From NCBI GenBank assembly GCA_963738365.1, contig CAVTWH010000004.1, positions 2,711-66,710 on the forward strand: DNA of 64,000 nt. Direction: 5' to 3'. Below the pieces are notes generated by a model. The model saw only the letters and a list, made by a program, of their open reading frames with translations. It ran no database searches and was not told where the DNA came from. The stretch's first letter is position 1, and the number at the start of each line of letters is the position of its first letter. A program made the translations under genes and the position numbers. This document shows, in pieces, positions 58,611-64,000 of the stretch. The DNA comes from an uncultured Actinomycetota bacterium (GTDB lineage: Bacteria > Actinomycetota > Actinomycetes > Mycobacteriales > Micromonosporaceae).

Positions 58611-59406
58611 CCGGGCGGCGGTGCTCGGCAAGCCGATCGGGCACTCGCTGTCGCCGGTGATCCACAACGCCGGGTACGCCGCCGCCGGGCTGGACGGCTG
58701 GTCGTACACGGCGGTGGAGTGCGCCGAGTCGGAGCTGGCCGCGCTGGTGGCCGGGCTGGACGACAGCTGGCGCGGGCTGTCGCTGACCATGCCGCTCAAG
58801 GAGGTGGCGCTGACCGTCGCCGACCGGATCGACCCGGTGGCGGCCGCGCTCGGCGCCGCCAACACCCTGGCCCCCCGGTTGGGCGGTTGGTACGCCACCA
58901 ACACCGACGCCCCGGGCATGGTGGACGCGCTGCGCACGGCCGGCGTCGCCGCGGTGGACTCGGTCGCCGTCCTCGGCGCGGGTGGTACCGCCCGCGCCGC
59001 CCTGGCCGCCGCCGCCCGCCTGGGCGCCGCCGAGGTCACCGTCTACGCCCGCCGCCCCGAGGCGGTCAAGGCACTCGCCCCGGTGGCCGCCGCCGTCGGC
59101 GTCCGGCTGCGCCGGGGCGACCTGGGTGCCGTCTGGATGGCCGCCGCCGCTGACGTGGTGATCTCCACGCTGCCGGCCGGTGTGGCCGACGACTTCGCGC
59201 TCGACTGGCGCCCCGGCACGGTCCTCTTCGACGCCATCTACCACCCGTGGCCGACCCGGCTGGCGGCCGGTGCGGCGCGGGCGGGGCTGGCCATCGTCTC
59301 CGGCCTGGACCTGCTGCTGGCCCAGGCCGTCCACCAGTTCGAGCTGTTCACCGGGGTGGACGCCCCGGTGGCCGCGATGCGCGCCGCGCTGGACTCGGCC
59401 GTCTAG
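58591..59406 (+). CDS. aroE: shikimate dehydrogenase
   Basis: AAVLGKPIGHSLSPVIHNAGY, MPLK and GAGGTARAA. The start is TTG 58591 (which overlaps the mltG end) or GTG 58621. Confidence 0.9.
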   Translation: MVPAAPDRAAVLGKPIGHSLSPVIHNAGYAAAGLDGWSYTAVECAESELAALVAGLDDSWRGLSLTMPLKEVALTVADRIDPVAAALGAANTLAPRLGGWYATNTDAPGMVDALRTAGVAAVDSVAVLGAGGTARAALAAAARLGAAEVTVYARRPEAVKALAPVAAAVGVRLRRGDLGAVWMAAAADVVISTLPAGVADDFALDWRPGTVLFDAIYHPWPTRLAAGAARAGLAIVSGLDLLLAQAVHQFELFTGVDAPVAAMRAALDSAV

Positions 59407-59556
59407 CTTTCGTTCGACCCGGCCGGCCGTCGGAGCGCGCTCGCCGGCCCGACCGCAGCTGCCACCACCGCGGCGCGTCGCCCGCGAGCGCAGGGCGCCC
59501 CGCCGGACGCGCCAGAGCGATTGTTCCGAGCGGCCGCTGGGCGTGGCTGCCGGGGC

Positions 59557-59647
59557 GCGCCCACCCGCCGGGGCGCGCCCACCCGGCGGGCGCGACCAAC
59601 CGCTGGGTTGCGCCCACCCGGCGGGCGCGACCACCCGCCGGGCGCGC
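59557..59647. repeat. GC-rich repeated palindromic motif (GCGCCCACCCGSCGGG x4)
   Basis: Copies lie at 59557, 59575, 59610 and 59631. Copies 2 and 3 share the 23-mer GCGCCCACCCGGCGGGCGCGACC. Predicted hairpins are CCCGCCGG/CCGGCGGG (59564..59590) and CCCGGCGGG/CCCGCCGGG (59617..59642). Confidence 0.8.
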
Positions 59648-59674
59648 TGGTGCCGACGGGCCGAGAATGGATCG

Positions 59675-60586
59675 GTGAGTACTCACACGCCACCGGCCAG
59701 CGGACCGGACACTTCCGCGCTGGCGGACTTCGGGCGGGACCTGTGGGAGTCGGTCAAGCCGCAGCGGCCGCCCGCGTCCACCCCGGCGTCGCGCCGGCTG
59801 CGCCGGCTGATCTTCCTGACCGCCGTCGCCGTCGTCGTGGTCGACCTGGGCAACCTGCACTACGCCGAGGCCGGCGGCTGGTCCCTGACGGTACGCACGT
59901 TCTGGGCGCTGGCCCGGGCGGTCGGCTTCCTGTTCCTGGCCCGGGCGGTGCGCTACGGCCGGATGTCGGCCAAGCCGTTCGGGCTGATCCTGGCGGCCAC
60001 CACGGTGTTCGCGGTGTTCCGGCTGGCCGAGCCGGCGTCCGGGCGGCTGCTGCCGCCGGTGCCGGTGATCGCCGGGTTCGTCGCGCTCGGCGCGCTGTGC
60101 GGTGCCGTGGTGTGGCTGCTGTACCGCTCGGACGCGGTGCACGAGCACCTGTCGGCCCGGCAGGCGCGCCGGCACCTCGACCCGTGGGCGCTGACCGCCC
60201 GGGTGGCGGCGCTGGCCTACTCGGCGCTGCTGGTGGTGCCGTTCCTGGTGGCGATCGGGGCGGTGGTGCACCACCGGGCCGGGTCGCTGGGGCCGTCGCT
60301 GCTAACGGTGTGGGCGGCGCTGGTGCTGCTCACCGCGGCGGTGGTGCCGGTGAGTTCGCTGTTCGTGCTCTACGCCAAGGGCTGGGCGCGGTTCCTGCTC
60401 GGCCTGTTCAGCGTGTTCCTCATGGTGGCCCAGCCGGTGCTGTGCTGGCTGCTGCTGGGCCGCGACGGGGTGGTGCGGGACGGCGTACCGATGGTGCTGG
60501 CGACCGCCGTGACGCTGCACGCGCTGTGGCGCTCGCGCGGTCGGCGCAGCGGGTACCGGCTGCCCCGCCAGCCCCGCGCGGCCTGA
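59675..60586 (+). CDS. hypothetical polytopic membrane protein
   Basis: GTG 59675 within ORF 59180..60586. It is about 303 aa with 7-8 hydrophobic helices. No family recognised. Confidence 0.55.
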   Translation: MSTHTPPASGPDTSALADFGRDLWESVKPQRPPASTPASRRLRRLIFLTAVAVVVVDLGNLHYAEAGGWSLTVRTFWALARAVGFLFLARAVRYGRMSAKPFGLILAATTVFAVFRLAEPASGRLLPPVPVIAGFVALGALCGAVVWLLYRSDAVHEHLSARQARRHLDPWALTARVAALAYSALLVVPFLVAIGAVVHHRAGSLGPSLLTVWAALVLLTAAVVPVSSLFVLYAKGWARFLLGLFSVFLMVAQPVLCWLLLGRDGVVRDGVPMVLATAVTLHALWRSRGRRSGYRLPRQPRAA

Positions 60587-60655
60587 CGTCCCGCCAGGTG
60601 GAGCGGGCCCGGCCGGGTGGCGGTCGGCACGGCGGCGCGTGCCACACTGGGCGGC

Positions 60656-61834
60656 GTGTTGCGCTGGTTGACCGCTGGAGAATCACACGGGCAGGCGCTG
60701 GTCGCGCTCCTCGACGGGGTACCCGCCGGAGTCGAGCTGACCAGCGCGGACATCGGCCGGGAGCTGGCCCGTCGCCGGCTGGGCTACGGCCGGGGCGCCC
60801 GGATGTCCTTCGAACAGGACACCGTCACCATCCTCGGCGGGGTACGCCACGGGGTGACCCTGGGCAGCCCGGTCGCCGTCGAGGTGGGCAACAGCGAGTG
60901 GCCCAAGTGGCAGACGGTGATGTCGGCCGACCCGGTCGACGCCGACCTGCTCGCCGCACAGGCCCGCAACGCCCCCCTGACCCGGCCCCGCCCCGGCCAC
61001 GCCGACCTGGCCGGGATGCAGAAGTACGGGCACACCGACGTGCGCCCGATCCTGGAGCGGGCCAGCGCCCGGGAGACCGCCGCCCGGGTGGCCGTCGGCA
61101 CCATCGCCAAGGCGCTGCTCAAGCAGGCGCTGGGCATCGAGATCGTGTCGCACGTGGTGGAGCTGGGCAGCGTCGCGGTCAAGGCCGGCGTGCAGCCGCT
61201 CCCGGACGACGCGCAGCGCATCGACGCCGACCCGCTGCGCTGTCTCGACCCGGAGGCCAGTGCCCGGATGGTCGAGGAGGTCGACGCGGCGAAGCGGGAC
61301 GCGGACACCCTCGGCGGCATCGTCGAGGTGCTGGCCTACGGCGTACCCCCGGGTCTGGGCAGCCACACCCAGTGGGACCGCAAGCTGGACGCCCGGCTGG
61401 CCACCGCGCTGATGTCCATCCAGGCGATCAAGGGGGTGGAGATCGGCGACGCCTTCACCCAGGCCCGTTCGCGCGGCTCGAAGGCGCACGACGAGATCGT
61501 GCCGGGCGAGCACGGCGTACGCCGGCTCACCGACCGGGCCGGCGGTCTGGAGGGCGGCATCACCAGCGGCGAGCCGCTGCGGGTGAAGGCCGCGATGAAG
61601 CCGATCTCGTCGCTCAACCGGGCGCTGCAGACCATCGACACGGTCACCGGCGAGGCGACCACCGCCATCAACCAGCGCTCCGACGTGTGTGCGGTGCCGG
61701 CCGCCGCCGTGGTGGCCGAGGCCATGGTGGCGCTGGTGCTGGCGGAGGCGGCGACCGAGAAGTTCGGCGGCGACTCGGTCGCCGAGATCCGCCGCAACCT
61801 GGCCGGCTACCTGGACAACCTGGTGGTCCGGTGA
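60656..61834 (+). CDS. aroC: chorismate synthase
   Basis: [27 protein letters not shown] and SDVCAVPAA motifs. The start is GTG 60656 or TTG 60659. Confidence 0.95.
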   Translation: MLRWLTAGESHGQALVALLDGVPAGVELTSADIGRELARRRLGYGRGARMSFEQDTVTILGGVRHGVTLGSPVAVEVGNSEWPKWQTVMSADPVDADLLAAQARNAPLTRPRPGHADLAGMQKYGHTDVRPILERASARETAARVAVGTIAKALLKQALGIEIVSHVVELGSVAVKAGVQPLPDDAQRIDADPLRCLDPEASARMVEEVDAAKRDADTLGGIVEVLAYGVPPGLGSHTQWDRKLDARLATALMSIQAIKGVEIGDAFTQARSRGSKAHDEIVPGEHGVRRLTDRAGGLEGGITSGEPLRVKAAMKPISSLNRALQTIDTVTGEATTAINQRSDVCAVPAAAVVAEAMVALVLAEAATEKFGGDSVAEIRRNLAGYLDNLVVR

Positions 61835-62337
61835 CCCGCCCGGTGGCCGTGCTGGTCGGGCCGCCGGGCTCCGGCAAGACCACCATCGGTACGGCGCTGG
61901 CCCGGGCGCTCGGGCGACCGTTCCGGGACACCGACGCCGACATCGAGGCGGTCGCCGGCAAGCCCATCGCGGAGATCTTCTACGACGAGGGCGAGGAGCA
62001 CTTCCGCACCCTGGAGAAGAACGCGGTGGCCGCCGCGCTCGGCGAGCATGGCGGGGTGCTGTCCCTCGGCGGCGGCGCGGTGCTCGCCCCGCAGACCCGG
62101 GCGGCGCTGGCCGGACACACGGTGATCTTTCTCTCCGTGGAGCTGACCGACGCGGTGCACCGCACCGGCCTGTCCGCCGCGCGCCCGCTGCTGGCCATCA
62201 ACCCCCGGGCCACCCTCAAGGCCATGCTGGACGCCCGCCGCCCGCTCTACGAGGAGGTCGCCGGCATCGTGGTGAAGACCGACGGGCGCACCCCGGAGGA
62301 GATCACCGCCGAACTGCTGGCCGCCCTGACCGGCTGA
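61831..62337 (+). CDS. aroK: shikimate kinase
   Basis: GTG 61831 overlaps the aroC TGA. It has Walker [10 protein letters not shown] and DTDADIE. This is the 3-prime end of the long spurious ORF 59521..62337. Confidence 0.93.
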   Translation: MTRPVAVLVGPPGSGKTTIGTALARALGRPFRDTDADIEAVAGKPIAEIFYDEGEEHFRTLEKNAVAAALGEHGGVLSLGGGAVLAPQTRAALAGHTVIFLSVELTDAVHRTGLSAARPLLAINPRATLKAMLDARRPLYEEVAGIVVKTDGRTPEEITAELLAALTG

Positions 62338-62515
62338 CGGAAGTCCGTTCCGCCGCCGGTGTCCCGGCCGGCTCGGCGGCGGGCCGTCGATTTCCGACCG
62401 GCTCCGCGGCGGCCTGGTCCGGCCGGCGCTGCCCGTGGCCGGCTGAGCCGGGCACCACCGCCGACCTGACCACCGGCCGCAGCGGGGCCGGTGGTGGTCG
62501 ATAGGCTCTGCGGCG

Positions 62516-63592
62516 ATGACCGCACATACCCGGATCACCGTCGGCGGCGAGCGCCCCTATGACGTGCTCGTCGGCCGTGACCTGCTGGCCAGCCTGCCGC
62601 CGCTGGTCGCCCCGGCCGCCCAGGCCGCCGTGCTCTACGCCGCGCCGCTCAAGGCGCTCGCCGACAGCGTGGCCGACGCGCTCGCCACGGCGGGGGTACG
62701 CCCGCTGCCGGTCGAAGTGCCCGACGCCGAGGCGGGTAAGGACATCGCCGTGGCCGCCCGGTGCTGGGAGGCGCTGGGCGCGGCCAACTTCACCCGGACC
62801 GACGCCGTGGTCGGGGTGGGCGGCGGGGCCGTCACCGACCTGGCCGGTTTCGTGGCCGCCTGCTGGCTGCGCGGGGTGCCGGTGGTGCAGGTACCGACCA
62901 GCCTGCTGGGCATGGTCGACGCCGCGGTGGGCGGCAAGACCGGGGTGAACACGGCCGCCGGCAAGAACCTGGTGGGCGCCTTCCACCCGCCGGCCGGCGT
63001 GCTCTGCGAACTGTCCACGCTGGACAGCCTGCCGGCGCTCGACCTGGCCGCCGGCCTGGCCGAGGTGGTGAAGTGCGGGTTCATCGCCGACCCGGTGATC
63101 CTGGACCGGATCGAGGGCGACCCGGCCGGCGCGCTGGACCCGGCCGGTGCCGTGGTCCGCGAGCTGGTGGAGCGCTCGGTGGCGGTGAAGGCCCGGGTGG
63201 TCTCCGCCGACCTGCGGGAGAACGGGCTGCGGGAGATCCTCAACTACGGGCACACGCTGGCCCACGCGATCGAGAAGCGGGAGCACTTCGGCTGGCGGCA
63301 CGGGCACGCGGTGGCCGTCGGCCTGGTGTACGCCGCCGAACTGGGCCGGCTCGCCGGCCGCCTGGACGCCGCCACCGCTGCCCGGCACCGCAGCGTGCTG
63401 GAGCTGGTCGGCCTGCCGGTGGCCTACGCCGCCGACGCCTGGCCGCAGCTGCACTCGGCGATGCGGGTGGACAAGAAGGCGCGCGGTGCCCGGCTGCGCT
63501 TCGTGGTCCTCGACGGGCTGGCCGCCCCGGGCATCCTGGACAGCCCCGACGACGAGCTGCTGCGGGCGGCGTACCAGGCGGTGGCGGCGTGA
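62516..63592 (+). CDS. aroB: 3-dehydroquinate synthase
   Basis: 358 aa with [22 protein letters not shown] and [11 protein letters not shown]. Confidence 0.95.
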   Translation: MTAHTRITVGGERPYDVLVGRDLLASLPPLVAPAAQAAVLYAAPLKALADSVADALATAGVRPLPVEVPDAEAGKDIAVAARCWEALGAANFTRTDAVVGVGGGAVTDLAGFVAACWLRGVPVVQVPTSLLGMVDAAVGGKTGVNTAAGKNLVGAFHPPAGVLCELSTLDSLPALDLAAGLAEVVKCGFIADPVILDRIEGDPAGALDPAGAVVRELVERSVAVKARVVSADLRENGLREILNYGHTLAHAIEKREHFGWRHGHAVAVGLVYAAELGRLAGRLDAATAARHRSVLELVGLPVAYAADAWPQLHSAMRVDKKARGARLRFVVLDGLAAPGILDSPDDELLRAAYQAVAA

Positions 63593-64000
63593 AGGTCTAC
63601 GTCCTCAACGGCCCCAACCTGGGCCGCCTCGGCACCCGGGAGCCGCAGACCTACGGCAGCACCAGCCACGCCGAGCTGGCGCAGGAGTGCCTGGCCAACG
63701 GCGCCCAGCTGGGCCTGGACGTCGAGGTACGGCAGACCGACGCCGAGCACGAGATGCTCGGCTGGCTGCACGCGGCGGCCGACGAGGGGGCGGCCGTGGT
63801 GCTCAACCCGGGCGCCTGGTCGCACTACTCGTACGCGCTGCGGGACGCCTGCGCGATGCTCACCGGCCCGCTGGTGGAGGTACACATCTCCAACATCCAC
63901 AAGCGCGAGGAGTTCCGGCACCACTCGGTGGTCTCGGCGGTGGCCACCGGAGTGATCTGCGGCCTGGGCATCGACGGTTACCGGCTGGCGCTTCAGCACC
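63589..64000 (+). CDS. aroQ: type II 3-dehydroquinate dehydratase (partial, runs off window)
   Basis: GTG 63589 overlaps the aroB TGA. My translation is [23 protein letters not shown] ... [17 protein letters not shown]. It is not in the ORF track because no stop lies in the window. Confidence 0.9.
   Translation, partial: MKVYVLNGPNLGRLGTREPQTYGSTSHAELAQECLANGAQLGLDVEVRQTDAEHEMLGWLHAAADEGAAVVLNPGAWSHYSYALRDACAMLTGPLVEVHISNIHKREEFRHHSVVSAVATGVICGLGIDGYRLALQH

Noticed and set aside
59521-62337. 938-aa ORF spanning the membrane protein, aroC and aroK regions.
   Set aside because: Only the last 168 codons (from GTG 61831) look like a real protein, shikimate kinase. The upstream part is out of frame with aroC and is R/G/P-rich.
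62469-62495. 10-bp hairpin (ACCACCGGCC/GGCCGGTGGT) in the 178-nt aroK-aroB spacer, considered as a regulatory element.
   Set aside because: It is a modest GC stem of the kind expected by chance in this composition, with no flanking signal. The only mildly unusual point is that aroK and aroB are not coupled here.

Overview
High-GC (about 70%+) actinomycete chromosome segment with no rRNA, tRNA, CRISPR array, integrase or transposase that I could recognise. The backbone is the conserved actinobacterial housekeeping block. In order it runs thrS, HIT, pgsA, PIM acyltransferase, pimA, pdxS/pdxT, yebC, ruvCAB, yajC-secDF, apt, relA, cyclophilins, a glyoxalase-II-like MBL, hisS, aspS, rarA, alaS, ruvX, mltG, aroE and aroC-aroK-aroB-aroQ. 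As I recall this is the gene order of M. tuberculosis Rv2614c to Rv2537c. Many junctions are 4-nt GTGA/ATGA stop-start overlaps.

Several accessory islets interrupt this backbone:
- A MerR regulator with a His-rich tract lies between thrS and HIT.
- An 11.5-kb insert carries an MFS pump, two tandem SARP/NB-ARC/TPR regulators, an aldo-keto reductase and an EF-G-like GTPase.
- A vapBC cassette sits at the 3-prime end of yebC and is flanked by a 42-bp duplication of the yebC terminus.
- Next to it are a phosphoesterase, an MFS-TetR unit with two palindromic operators, and an XRE-DUF397 pair.
- A lower-GC two-gene islet (an HNH-like Cys/His protein plus a 65-aa membrane peptide) lies between aspS and rarA.

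rarA itself is broken by three separate +1 frameshifts. The window is also rich in tandem repeats:
- in-frame 15-bp repeats in an ECF sigma factor
- 18-bp repeats in the MerR gene
- 33-bp repeats in a Pro-rich membrane protein
- a 33-bp x5 intergenic minisatellite
- a 26-bp perfect hairpin plus a 16-bp repeat array between pdxS and pdxT

All calls come from reading the ORF translations and the DNA by eye. No database search was run.
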